64,000 nucleotides of DNA from Patescibacteria group bacterium. Lineage in GTDB: Bacteria; Patescibacteriota; Patescibacteriia; Patescibacteriales; UBA12465. The position numbers were made by a program, and so were the translations under genes. The stretch lies in assembly GCA_035269015.1 (NCBI GenBank), contig DATFJU010000016.1, forward strand, positions 4,610 to 68,609, written 5' to 3'. Shown piece by piece: positions 36,557 to 45,355 of the stretch. The notes under the pieces were generated by a model, which did no database searches, was not told the origin of the DNA, and saw only the letters and a list, made by a program, of their open reading frames with translations. Numbering within the stretch: the first letter of the stretch is position 1; every line of letters begins with the position of its first letter.

Positions 36557-37036
36557 ATGTTTAAAAATAATATATTTGTATTAACCTTTTTAATTATTAT
36601 CGTAGCCTTAACTGTGTCTGCTTGTTCATCAGGAGAAAATGGTAGTGATAATAAAGCAGGTGATGAAAATAAGATTAGTGGGGCTACGGTTGAGTATTTA
36701 GGTGAAAAGCCAGAAAATCCTCAAGCCAGTTTATATTTTTTCTGGGGTGATGTCTGTCCTCATTGTGCTAGTGAAAAGGTTTTTCTTAATAAGATGAAAG
36801 ATAAATATCCTGATTTAGAAATTAGAATGTATGAAACTTATAATAATAGAGCCAACTCTAATGCTTTGCAAAATGTAGCTAAAGCATATAATGCCACTGT
36901 TAGAGGTGTGCCTATGACTTTTATTGGTGATTTTGAACCTTTAGTTGGTTTTTCTTCTAGAATGGAATCTGATTTAGAAGAAAAAATTAAATATTGTTTA
37001 AATAATGATTGTATTGATCCTGTTTCTGAATTGTAA
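36557..37036 (+). CDS. Thioredoxin-like CxxC lipoprotein (paralog of the N-domain of 34619-36103)
   Basis: A lipobox (TVSAC), FFWGDVCPHCASEK, and a second pair CLNNDC. Confidence 0.7.
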   Translation: MFKNNIFVLTFLIIIVALTVSACSSGENGSDNKAGDENKISGATVEYLGEKPENPQASLYFFWGDVCPHCASEKVFLNKMKDKYPDLEIRMYETYNNRANSNALQNVAKAYNATVRGVPMTFIGDFEPLVGFSSRMESDLEEKIKYCLNNDCIDPVSEL

Positions 37037-37082
37037 TATTTTGAATAGAATTTAATAATCATAAGTTAATAATTAAAATAAT

Positions 37083-38441
37083 ATGAGAGTTGTTATTATT
37101 GGCGGAGGCACAGCTGGCAGTGAAGTTGCTTGGCGCCTGCGTAGACAAGATAAAGACATAGAAATTATTATTTTAGAGAAAGGAAGGTATAGACAATATT
37201 CTCCCTGTGCTTTACCTTATTTTTTAAGTGGAAAAATTAAGAAAGCAAATGATATCGTTTTATTTTCTGACGATTATTATAATTATAATAATATTAATTT
37301 ATATTTAAATTCTGAGTTAAAAGAAGTAAATACTAAAACTAAAGAACTTAAATATTTAGATAAAAAGAATAATAAAGAAGAAAAGTTAAGCTATGATTAT
37401 TTAGTTTTAGCTACTGGTTTAAAGTTTAATTTACCATCTATACCTGGATTGAAAGATCAGGACTTCTATTGTTTAAAAAGACTTGATGATGTTCAAAGAA
37501 TTAAGAAAGCTGTGAAGAAAAATGATAAGGCTGTAATAATTGGAGCTGGTTATGTAGGAGTTGAGTTAGCAGATGCACTTAGTGCTTTAGGTTTGAAGGT
37601 GAGTTTAATAGAAGGGCAAGAAAATATTTTGCCAACTACTTTAGATAAAAAGATAGCTAATATAGTTAAAGAAGAAATGGAAGCAAAAAAAATAGAAGTA
37701 ATTACTAATTCTAAAATAGAGAAAATAACTAAAAAACAAGTATCTTTAAAAGATAAAAAGATAAATTATAATCACCTTTTTGTTGCTTGTGGTCTAAGTG
37801 CTGACTTATCCTTAGCTAAGCAGATAGGTTTAAAAGTTAATAAAGGCATTATTGTTAATGATAGTTTAAAAACATCAAAAAAAGATATTTATGCTGCGGG
37901 AGATTTAGTTGAATCTGTTAATTTAATTGATAATAAAAAAGTTTTAAGTCAATTAGCTACTACCGCTGTATCTCAAGCTAAAGTTTTAGCTCAAAATATA
38001 CTTGCAGATAAACAGAAAAAAGAAAGTTTAAAATATAAAAGAAATAAAGTTTTAAGTGCTAGTGTTTCAAAGTTTAATAATTTAATTTTTGCCAGTTGTG
38101 GTGTGACAAATAGTTATTGTCAAAAAAATAATATAAAAACTATAAGTGCTTATTATAAATCAAAGGATAAGGCAGAATATTACCCAGAAGCTAAAGATAT
38201 TTTTATTTATTTAGTTTCTGACATTAAAGGTAGAATTATTGGTTGCCAAATTGCTGGATATAATGAGGTGTTGGGACGTTTAAATATGGTTTCATTAGCA
38301 ATAAAACAAGGTTTAACATTAAAAGATTTTGTTAACTCAGAAACTTGCTACAATCCAGCTTTATCTTCAATTTTCGATCCACTAACTATTACTGCTGAAA
38401 TTTGTTTAAAAAAACTAAAAGCAAAAAATGCTAAAACCTAA
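37083..38441 (+). CDS. FAD-dependent pyridine nucleotide-disulfide oxidoreductase, single-Cys CoA-disulfide reductase/NADH oxidase-peroxidase family
   Basis: FAD motif VVIIGGGTAGSE and redox Cys context YSPCALPYF (compare the CoADR/Nox SxxxC...LPY context). A second dinucleotide motif is VIIGAGYVGVELA, followed by AAGD. Confidence 0.8.
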   Translation: MRVVIIGGGTAGSEVAWRLRRQDKDIEIIILEKGRYRQYSPCALPYFLSGKIKKANDIVLFSDDYYNYNNINLYLNSELKEVNTKTKELKYLDKKNNKEEKLSYDYLVLATGLKFNLPSIPGLKDQDFYCLKRLDDVQRIKKAVKKNDKAVIIGAGYVGVELADALSALGLKVSLIEGQENILPTTLDKKIANIVKEEMEAKKIEVITNSKIEKITKKQVSLKDKKINYNHLFVACGLSADLSLAKQIGLKVNKGIIVNDSLKTSKKDIYAAGDLVESVNLIDNKKVLSQLATTAVSQAKVLAQNILADKQKKESLKYKRNKVLSASVSKFNNLIFASCGVTNSYCQKNNIKTISAYYKSKDKAEYYPEAKDIFIYLVSDIKGRIIGCQIAGYNEVLGRLNMVSLAIKQGLTLKDFVNSETCYNPALSSIFDPLTITAEICLKKLKAKNAKT

Positions 38442-39306
38442 GTATTTAAAAATAAAAGACTTTGATCGTAAAAAATATTTAAAAACATTAAATCTTATAA
38501 AGAAACACAATCTTAATACTGTTTGTCTCTCTGCTAATTGTCCTAATCGTTATCATTGTTTTTCAAGTGGCACTGCCACTTTTATGATTTTAGGAGAAGT
38601 TTGTACTAGAAATTGTCGTTATTGTAATATTGAAAGTAAAAAACCAGAGGAAGTTGATAAGAAAGAGCCGGAACGTTTAGCTTTGGCAGTTAAAAAACTA
38701 AGTTTAGATTATGTTGTTGTTACCAGTGTTACTAGAGACGATTTAGAGGATGGTGGTAGTAATCATTTCATAAACTGTATTTCTGAGATTAGAAAAAATA
38801 ATGATTCTAAAATAGAGGTTTTAATTCCTGACTTCAAAGGTGATGAATTAGCTTTAGAAAAATTGGTAAAAGTTAAACCAGAAATTATTAATCACAACAT
38901 TGAAACTGTAAAAGAATTATTTTCTGCGTTGAGACCACAAGGGGACTATAATAGATCACTCTTCTTGTTAAGTAATATAAAAAATATTAATTCAGATATT
39001 ATTACAAAGTCTGGATTAATGGTAGGTCTTGGTGAAACTAAAGCTCAGATATTAAAAACACTAAAAGATTTAAGAGATGCAAAAGTTGATATTATAACAA
39101 TTGGTCAGTATTTAGCGCCAAGCACTAAACATGCAAAAGTAGAAAAGTATTATAGTGAGTTAGAATTTTTAAAGCTTAAAAATATAGCTAAAGAAATAGG
39201 TTTTAAAGAAGTTATTTCTGGGCCTATGGTTAGAAGTTCATATAAAGCTAAAGAAGCCTATGAAAAAGTGGCGAATACTAGAGACAATAGAAGAAAGCGG
39301 AGCTAA
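38428..39306 (+). CDS. lipA: Lipoyl synthase
   Basis: Auxiliary cluster motif C-x4-C-x5-C (CLSANCPNRYHC), radical-SAM CTRNCRYC, and C-terminal RSSY. It overlaps the upstream gene by 14 nt. Confidence 0.9.
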   Translation: MLKPKYLKIKDFDRKKYLKTLNLIKKHNLNTVCLSANCPNRYHCFSSGTATFMILGEVCTRNCRYCNIESKKPEEVDKKEPERLALAVKKLSLDYVVVTSVTRDDLEDGGSNHFINCISEIRKNNDSKIEVLIPDFKGDELALEKLVKVKPEIINHNIETVKELFSALRPQGDYNRSLFLLSNIKNINSDIITKSGLMVGLGETKAQILKTLKDLRDAKVDIITIGQYLAPSTKHAKVEKYYSELEFLKLKNIAKEIGFKEVISGPMVRSSYKAKEAYEKVANTRDNRRKRS

Positions 39307-40048
39307 GCAAATGGCTATTGATGAAGCCATGCTGATTTCTAGAATAAATAATTTAGTTCCTAACACTTTAAGGTTTTTTACTTGGAAACCAAGCGCTATT
39401 ACTATTGGTTTTTTCCAAGATTTAGAACAGGAAATAGATTTAAACAAAGCTAAAGATTTAGGAGTTGATGTAGTTAGACGATATAGTGGTGGCGGAGCAG
39501 TGTTTCACGAAGATGAGTTAACATATTCTTTGGTGGTTTCAGAAAAAGATGTATCTTTAAATGTTTTAGATTCATATAAATATTTATGCCAAGGTGTAGT
39601 TGAGGGATTAAAGAATTTAGGTATAGAAGCTAAGTTTAAACCTATTAACGATATACTAGTTAATGGAAAAAAGATTTCTGGTAATGCCCAAACTAGGAAA
39701 AAAGGAGTAATATTACAACATGGCACCATACTTTTGTCAGTGGATGTTGAGAAGATGTTCTCACTTCTTAAAGTAAGTAACGAGAAGTTAAAGGGAAAAT
39801 TGATTGCCGGCGTTAAAGAAGGCGTTACTTCAATTAAAAATGAATTAGTTAGCTCAGATATAGATTTGAAATATTTAGAAAAAGTTTTTAGACAAGGTTT
39901 TGCTCAGTCTTTAAAGGTTGATTTTAATGAAGCTGTTTTAAGTAAAGAAGAAAAAGAAATTGCCCAAGAACTTCAGAAAGATAAGTATTTAAGTAAAGAG
40001 TGGAATTATAATCAAAAATATAATAATAGGTTTTATGGAAAAAATTGA
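39260..40048 (+). CDS. lplA: Lipoate-protein ligase A, catalytic domain only
   Basis: MAIDEAML, RRYSGGGAVFHEDELTYS, and GKKISGNAQ (catalytic Lys context). It overlaps lipA by 47 nt. Confidence 0.8.
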   Translation: MKKWRILETIEESGAKQMAIDEAMLISRINNLVPNTLRFFTWKPSAITIGFFQDLEQEIDLNKAKDLGVDVVRRYSGGGAVFHEDELTYSLVVSEKDVSLNVLDSYKYLCQGVVEGLKNLGIEAKFKPINDILVNGKKISGNAQTRKKGVILQHGTILLSVDVEKMFSLLKVSNEKLKGKLIAGVKEGVTSIKNELVSSDIDLKYLEKVFRQGFAQSLKVDFNEAVLSKEEKEIAQELQKDKYLSKEWNYNQKYNNRFYGKN

Positions 40049-40301
40049 TTACAAAGTAGAAGGCGGAAAGTTTTTGAGAATACAAGTTGATATTAAAGCT
40101 AGTGTAATTAAAGATATAAAAATAAGAGGCGATTTTTTTATTTATCCTGAGACAGCTATTTTTCAGATAGAGAACTTTTTAAAAGAAAAAAATATTGAAG
40201 ATTTTGTACCCCTACTTTCTGAATTTATTAAAAAAGAAAATATTAAAATTATTGGTTTTTCAGTATATGATTTAAAAAAAGCCTTACAATTAGGCGTTTA
40301 A
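40035..40301 (+). CDS. Lipoate-protein ligase C-terminal accessory domain as a separate protein (LplB-like)
   Basis: An 88-aa ORF overlapping lplA by 14 nt. YKVEGGKFLRIQVDIK...IKDIKIRGDFFIYPE matches the Lip_prot_lig_C pattern. Confidence 0.6.
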   Translation: MEKIDYKVEGGKFLRIQVDIKASVIKDIKIRGDFFIYPETAIFQIENFLKEKNIEDFVPLLSEFIKKENIKIIGFSVYDLKKALQLGV

Positions 40302-40315
40302 ATTTGTGATAATAT

Positions 40316-41353
40316 ATGAAATATAAATTTTATAATACTTCTGAAAAGGCTTGGCAAGCTATGTATGAATCTGCACGGGAAGCTAAGAAGCTTATTTTAT
40401 TAGAAATGTATATTTTTTTACCTGATACTTCTCCAAAGTATGATTTTATTGAAACTTTAATTCAAAAAGCTGAAGCTGGAGTTAAGGTTGCTATTATTGC
40501 TGATAAGATTGGTAGTCAAAAAATGCCTTTAGCTGTAATTAAAAAATTAAGAAATTCTGGAGCTGAATTTTTGTTTGCTTCTAAGCTTTTACGTAGAACT
40601 CATAGAAAGATATTAGTGATAGATAATCATATAGCTTTTTTAGGTGGAGTAAATATTAAAAAATCTACTAGTAAATGGAATGATTTGCAGATAAAGATAA
40701 CAGGTAAAAGGTCTATTAAATCTATTAGTAGAACCTTTGCTTATAGTTATAAAATGTATGGTGGTAGAAAAAAGGAAATATTAGATTTATATAATAAATC
40801 TAAATTAACAAAGGTAAAAAATATTATTTTAGAGCACAATCCTCAGGAAAACATTTCTACCATTAGTACTTATTATAGAGAAAAAATAATTAAGGCTAAA
40901 GAGAGAATAACTATAGTTACACCTTATTTACTACCACCTTTGTGGTTAGCGGTGCTTTTAGATAAGGCTGTTAAAAGAGGTGTAAAAGTTGAAATAATTA
41001 TACCTAAAAAAACTGATTTATGGTTAGTTAGTTTTATTAACAAGTCTTATGTTAAAAAAATGTCTTCTTTGGGAATTGAGGTATATTATTATAGTTCTAT
41101 GAATCACGCTAAATTAATGCTAATTGATGGTAAAGAATTGTTTATGGGTTCTCACAATATGGACATAGCTTCTTTTAAATTGAACTCAGAGATTGGTATT
41201 TTTATTCAAGATAAACAAGCAATTTCTGAAGTTAAAGAAATTATATCTCAATGGAGAGAAGATTCTACAAAAATTGAAGCAGAAAAATATAAGCTTAATT
41301 GGTTTGATTTTCTACTTATGAGATTTATTGCTATGTTTTACTCTATACTATAA
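40316..41353 (+). CDS. Phospholipase D-family protein (ClsB-like cardiolipin synthase)
   Basis: Two HKD motifs, HRKILVIDNHIAFLGGVN and HAKLMLIDGKELFMGSHN, plus a hydrophobic C-terminal tail. Confidence 0.75.
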   Translation: MKYKFYNTSEKAWQAMYESAREAKKLILLEMYIFLPDTSPKYDFIETLIQKAEAGVKVAIIADKIGSQKMPLAVIKKLRNSGAEFLFASKLLRRTHRKILVIDNHIAFLGGVNIKKSTSKWNDLQIKITGKRSIKSISRTFAYSYKMYGGRKKEILDLYNKSKLTKVKNIILEHNPQENISTISTYYREKIIKAKERITIVTPYLLPPLWLAVLLDKAVKRGVKVEIIIPKKTDLWLVSFINKSYVKKMSSLGIEVYYYSSMNHAKLMLIDGKELFMGSHNMDIASFKLNSEIGIFIQDKQAISEVKEIISQWREDSTKIEAEKYKLNWFDFLLMRFIAMFYSIL

Positions 41354-41496
41354 AAATTTAATAGAAATGTTTATAAAGATTTTAAATTTAAAATAAGATT
41401 TTTTTGTTTTTAGTAGACCTTGAAAAAACTTTAAGTATGGTGTAGAGTATATATTAAATTATTATTTCTCTTAAATTACCTTTTTAATATAAAAAC

Positions 41497-43959
41497 ATGG
41501 AAAGAAAGTTCATCGAAGTTAAAGGCGCAAAAGTAAATAATCTAAAGAATTTAAGTCTAAAGTTACCTCGCAATAAGTTTATTGTCATCACAGGTTTATC
41601 TGGTTCAGGTAAATCTTCTTTAGCTTTTGATACTATTTACGCTGAAGGTCAAAGAAGATATGTCGAGTCTTTATCAGCCTATGCTCGTCAATTTATTGAT
41701 TTAATGGACAAGCCTGATGTTGAATCTATTGAAGGTTTATCACCAGCTATATCAATTGATCAAAAATCTGTTTCGCATAATCCTCGCTCTACAGTGGGAA
41801 CGATTACTGAGATATATGATTATCTTAGACTTTTGTTTGCTAAAATAGGTGTTCCTCATTGTCCTTTATGTAATAAAAGGCTAGTTAAGCATATATCCAA
41901 AGATAGCAAGCATAATCCTTCTGTTTTTTTAGTATGTAGAGACTGCAATTTTCATATGACGCAACTTAAGTCAGGTGATTTTTCTTTTAACTCATCTCAA
42001 GGAGCTTGTTCTAGTTGTAAAGGCCTGGGTACACGCTTAGAGTTAGATCCTGAATTAATTATTAATGAAAAGTTAAGTATTAATGAAGGGGCTATAAGAC
42101 CGCTTTCTAGATGTAGAGTTTCAGGATTGAAAGACATGTTATCAGACATGGAAAAAGCAGCTAAAAAATTTAATATTGATTTAAATACGAGTGTAAAGGC
42201 ACTTAAAAGTGATTCTTTAAATACAATATTGTATGGCAAAGACTCTTGGGGAGGTATTTTACCTTTTTTACAAAAAAGATATGAAGAAACAGAGTCTAGG
42301 TATTTACAAGAAGAATTAGGACAATATATGAGAGTTTTACTTTGCTCTGCTTGTGATGGTAGAAGATTAAAACCAGAGTTTTTAGCGGTGAAAATGGCTG
42401 GTTATAGTATAGATGAAATAGTAAATAAAAATATCACAGAGTTACAAGAGTTTTTTAAAGTTTTAAGTAAAAGTAATAAAGTTAATGAAAAGGATAAACA
42501 AGTTTATATCCCAATTGTTAGAGGCATAATGAATAAATTATTACTTTTACAAAATGTTGGCTTAGAATATCTTTCACTTGATAGAAGTGCCACTACTCTT
42601 TCAGGTGGAGAAGCACAAAGAATTCGTTTAGCCACTCAGGCTGGATCATCTTTAATAGGGGTTCTTTATATTTTAGATGAACCTTCTATTGGTTTACATC
42701 AAAGAGATAATGGTAAATTAATTAAAACTTTAAAAATATTAAAAGATAAGGGAAATACGGTTATAGTTGTTGAACATGATGAAGCTACTATTTTAGCTGC
42801 TGATCATATAGTAGATGTAGGTCCAGGAGCAGGTGAGCATGGTGGTGAAATAATATTTCAGGGTAGTCCTACCCAAATAAAAAAAAGTAATAAATCAATT
42901 ACTGGTAAATACTTAATAGGTAAGAAAAAAATACCTACACCTTTAAGTTATCATAAGGGAAATAAAAAGTTTTTAGAAATACTAGGAGCTAGTGAGCATA
43001 ATTTACAAAATATTAATGTAAAAATACCTTTGGGTAAGTTTGTTGCTATTACTGGTGTTTCTGGTTCGGGTAAATCTACTTTAATGAGTAATATTTTAGC
43101 AAAAGCACTTAGTAAAAAGTTTTATAGAGCTAAAACTTTTCCAGGGCAACATAAAGAAATTAAAGGTTTAGATAATATTGATAAAGTAATTAATATAGAT
43201 CAATCTCCAATAGGAAGAACACCTCGTTCCAATCCAGCTACTTATACGGGAGTTTTTACTCCTATCAGGGAGCTGTTTGCTGATTTAGCTGAAGCTAAAT
43301 TAAAAGGTTTTGATGCTGGTTCTTTTTCTTTTAACGTGCCAGGAGGTCGTTGTGAAAATTGTAGTGGAGATGGGTCAATAAAAATTGAAATGCAATTTTT
43401 ATCAGATGTCTATGTTAAATGTGAAGTTTGCCAAGGTAAGCGCTATAAAAAGAAAGTTTTAGATATATATTATCGTGATAAAAATATTCATGATATTTTA
43501 GAGATGACTGCAGAAGAGGCTATGAATTTTTTTAGACATAACCCTACTATTTATCAGAAGTTAAAAGTATTATATGAAGTAGGACTTGGTTATATTAAAT
43601 TAGGTCAACCTGCTACCACTCTTTCTGGAGGTGAGGCTCAAAGAATTAAATTGGCTACAGAACTTTCTAGAAGAGCTACTGGTAAAACAATATATATATT
43701 AGATGAACCGACGACTGGTTTACACTTTGATGATATTGATAGACTACTTAAAGTCTTAAATAAACTAGTTGATAAAGGAAATACTGTTTTAGTGATAGAA
43801 CATAATTTGGATGTTATTAAATCAGTGGATTGGGTTATTGATTTAGGTCCTGAAGGTGGAGATATGGGTGGAAAGATTGTAGCTGAGGGCACACCTAAGC
43901 AAGTGTCTAAGATAAAAAAGAGCTATACAGGGCAATATCTAAAAAATGTTTTCAAATAA
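41497..43959 (+). CDS. uvrA: Excinuclease ABC subunit A, short class-II-like form lacking the UvrB-binding domain
   Basis: Two ABC modules ([12 protein letters not shown] and [10 protein letters not shown]; signatures LSGGEAQRI twice) and three Zn modules. It is 820 aa, and only 21 residues lie between C122/C125 and C147/C150. Confidence 0.85.
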   Translation: MERKFIEVKGAKVNNLKNLSLKLPRNKFIVITGLSGSGKSSLAFDTIYAEGQRRYVESLSAYARQFIDLMDKPDVESIEGLSPAISIDQKSVSHNPRSTVGTITEIYDYLRLLFAKIGVPHCPLCNKRLVKHISKDSKHNPSVFLVCRDCNFHMTQLKSGDFSFNSSQGACSSCKGLGTRLELDPELIINEKLSINEGAIRPLSRCRVSGLKDMLSDMEKAAKKFNIDLNTSVKALKSDSLNTILYGKDSWGGILPFLQKRYEETESRYLQEELGQYMRVLLCSACDGRRLKPEFLAVKMAGYSIDEIVNKNITELQEFFKVLSKSNKVNEKDKQVYIPIVRGIMNKLLLLQNVGLEYLSLDRSATTLSGGEAQRIRLATQAGSSLIGVLYILDEPSIGLHQRDNGKLIKTLKILKDKGNTVIVVEHDEATILAADHIVDVGPGAGEHGGEIIFQGSPTQIKKSNKSITGKYLIGKKKIPTPLSYHKGNKKFLEILGASEHNLQNINVKIPLGKFVAITGVSGSGKSTLMSNILAKALSKKFYRAKTFPGQHKEIKGLDNIDKVINIDQSPIGRTPRSNPATYTGVFTPIRELFADLAEAKLKGFDAGSFSFNVPGGRCENCSGDGSIKIEMQFLSDVYVKCEVCQGKRYKKKVLDIYYRDKNIHDILEMTAEEAMNFFRHNPTIYQKLKVLYEVGLGYIKLGQPATTLSGGEAQRIKLATELSRRATGKTIYILDEPTTGLHFDDIDRLLKVLNKLVDKGNTVLVIEHNLDVIKSVDWVIDLGPEGGDMGGKIVAEGTPKQVSKIKKSYTGQYLKNVFK

Positions 43960-43982
43960 GTTAATAAGGATATCAGTATATA

Positions 43983-44017
43983 AAAATAGGATATAATGTT
44001 TATCCTATTTTTCTTTT
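43983..44017. terminator. Bidirectional intrinsic terminator
   Basis: aaaataggata (43983-93) pairs with tatcctatttt (44001-11), with T-rich sequence after it. It sits between convergent genes. Confidence 0.6.
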
Positions 44018-44038
44018 TATTAATCTTTCAGTTTAAGC

Positions 44039-44812
44039 TTAATTTAAAGCATCAAGTATTTGTTTATGGACTTTGCCGTTACTAGCTATAATATCATAAC
44101 TGTTTAAGTTCCATGTTTTATTATTAAAATCTGTTACTTTGCCCCCAGCTTCTTTTACCAGCAGTGCTCCAGCTACTACATCCCAAGAATTAGCTCCAGG
44201 AATTGTAATTGATTCTACTCTAGCGCTAGCAACATAAGCTAATTCCATAGAAGCGCTCCCTAGTTGTCTGGCATCAAATTGTGCCAATTTTTGTTTATTG
44301 TAATAACGTATAGCTTTTTTAATATGTTTTTTTTGGCTACCATGACAAAAAGTGTTAATCACTTTTTCACCACTAAATTTAGAAACTTTTATTTTTTTAT
44401 TATTTAAATAAGCTCCTTTATCTTTTTCTGCATAGAAAAACTCATTTAAAGTAGGAGAATATATTACAGCCAAAACAACTTTATTTTTATAACTTAAACC
44501 AATAGAAGTGGCCCACAAAGGGTTGTGCATAGAGAAGTTGGTAGTGCCATCAAGGGGGTCAATAAACCATTTATAGTCAGATTTACTTTTAGTTTCACCT
44601 GATTCTTCTGCTAATATTTGATGTTCAGGAAAACTTTTACGTATTGTTTTGATTATTTCTTTTTCTGCAGCCACGTCTGCGGCTGTTAATATTTCATGTT
44701 TTGATTTAAAACTTACTTTACTACGATCAAACTTTTGATATTCTTTTAAAAGTATTTGTCCTGCTTTTCTAGCTGCTTCAGTAGCCGTGTCTTTTATTTT
44801 TTTATTAATCAT
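44039..44812 (-). CDS. Inositol monophosphatase family protein (SuhB-like)
   Basis: WFIDPLDGTTNF and the WDVVAGALLVKEAGG motifs. Confidence 0.85.
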   Translation of the reverse strand: MINKKIKDTATEAARKAGQILLKEYQKFDRSKVSFKSKHEILTAADVAAEKEIIKTIRKSFPEHQILAEESGETKSKSDYKWFIDPLDGTTNFSMHNPLWATSIGLSYKNKVVLAVIYSPTLNEFFYAEKDKGAYLNNKKIKVSKFSGEKVINTFCHGSQKKHIKKAIRYYNKQKLAQFDARQLGSASMELAYVASARVESITIPGANSWDVVAGALLVKEAGGKVTDFNNKTWNLNSYDIIASNGKVHKQILDALN

Positions 44813-44837
44813 AATTAATGTGAATAATTTTCTTTAT

Positions 44838-45335
44838 TTAGGAGATAGTTTCTAATATTTTTAATTCTAGTTTTTTATTTTCTGTGTCATATATAGCAAA
44901 AGTAGCTTTTTGGAAAACCCCTCCTAAGGTTCCTGGATTAACTATTTTTATTTGACCTTGTTTTTCAATCCACGGTTTATGTGTGTGACCATAGAAGATT
45001 ATATCTAAGTCAGGTCGTTTTTCAATTAAGTCATATATGTAATGCGGTTCATGACAAAGACCAAATTTAGTATTTGCTAGTGATATAATTCCAGTTTTAC
45101 CTAAATGGTGAACATTTTTATATTCATGAAATAATTGTGGTTCATATAACTCTATATTTCCAGAGATGATATAAATATTTTTATTAAAATTCTCAGCTAA
45201 AATCTTAGCACTTTCTTCATTTGTTAAATCACCTGTACAAAAAATAATATTAACATTGTTGGTGTTAGCATAATTAATAAATTTATTCAGATTCTTTAGA
45301 TTATCGTGAACATCTGAAATAATAGCTATTTTCAT
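44838..45335 (-). CDS. YfcE/MJ0936-family metallophosphoesterase
   Basis: ISDVHDN, GDL, GN and GHTH motifs in about 165 aa. Confidence 0.8.
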   Translation of the reverse strand: MKIAIISDVHDNLKNLNKFINYANTNNVNIIFCTGDLTNEESAKILAENFNKNIYIISGNIELYEPQLFHEYKNVHHLGKTGIISLANTKFGLCHEPHYIYDLIEKRPDLDIIFYGHTHKPWIEKQGQIKIVNPGTLGGVFQKATFAIYDTENKKLELKILETIS

Positions 45336-45355
45336 ATTATTATTAGTTATAAAAA

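Noticed and set aside
33570-38441. Interpreting the ArsR + membrane protein + Trx-like + flavoprotein cluster as a mercury resistance (mer) operon
   Set aside because: The flavoprotein has the single-Cys CoADR/Nox active site rather than the MerA CxxxxC site plus C-terminal Cys pair. There is no GMTCxxC MerP/NmerA motif. The presence of GcvH, LipA and LplA is not explained by mer.
36838-43892. Other short antisense ORFs (36838-37062, 39238-39447, 39505-39729, 41997-42239, 43638-43892). The same applies to 8968-9153, 50344-50547, 51577-51765, 53303-53521, 54470-54652, 56902-57084, 57788-58012, 58640-58837, 60556-60837 and 62067-62261.
   Set aside because: All are embedded opposite genes with clear family motifs, and none has a motif of its own.
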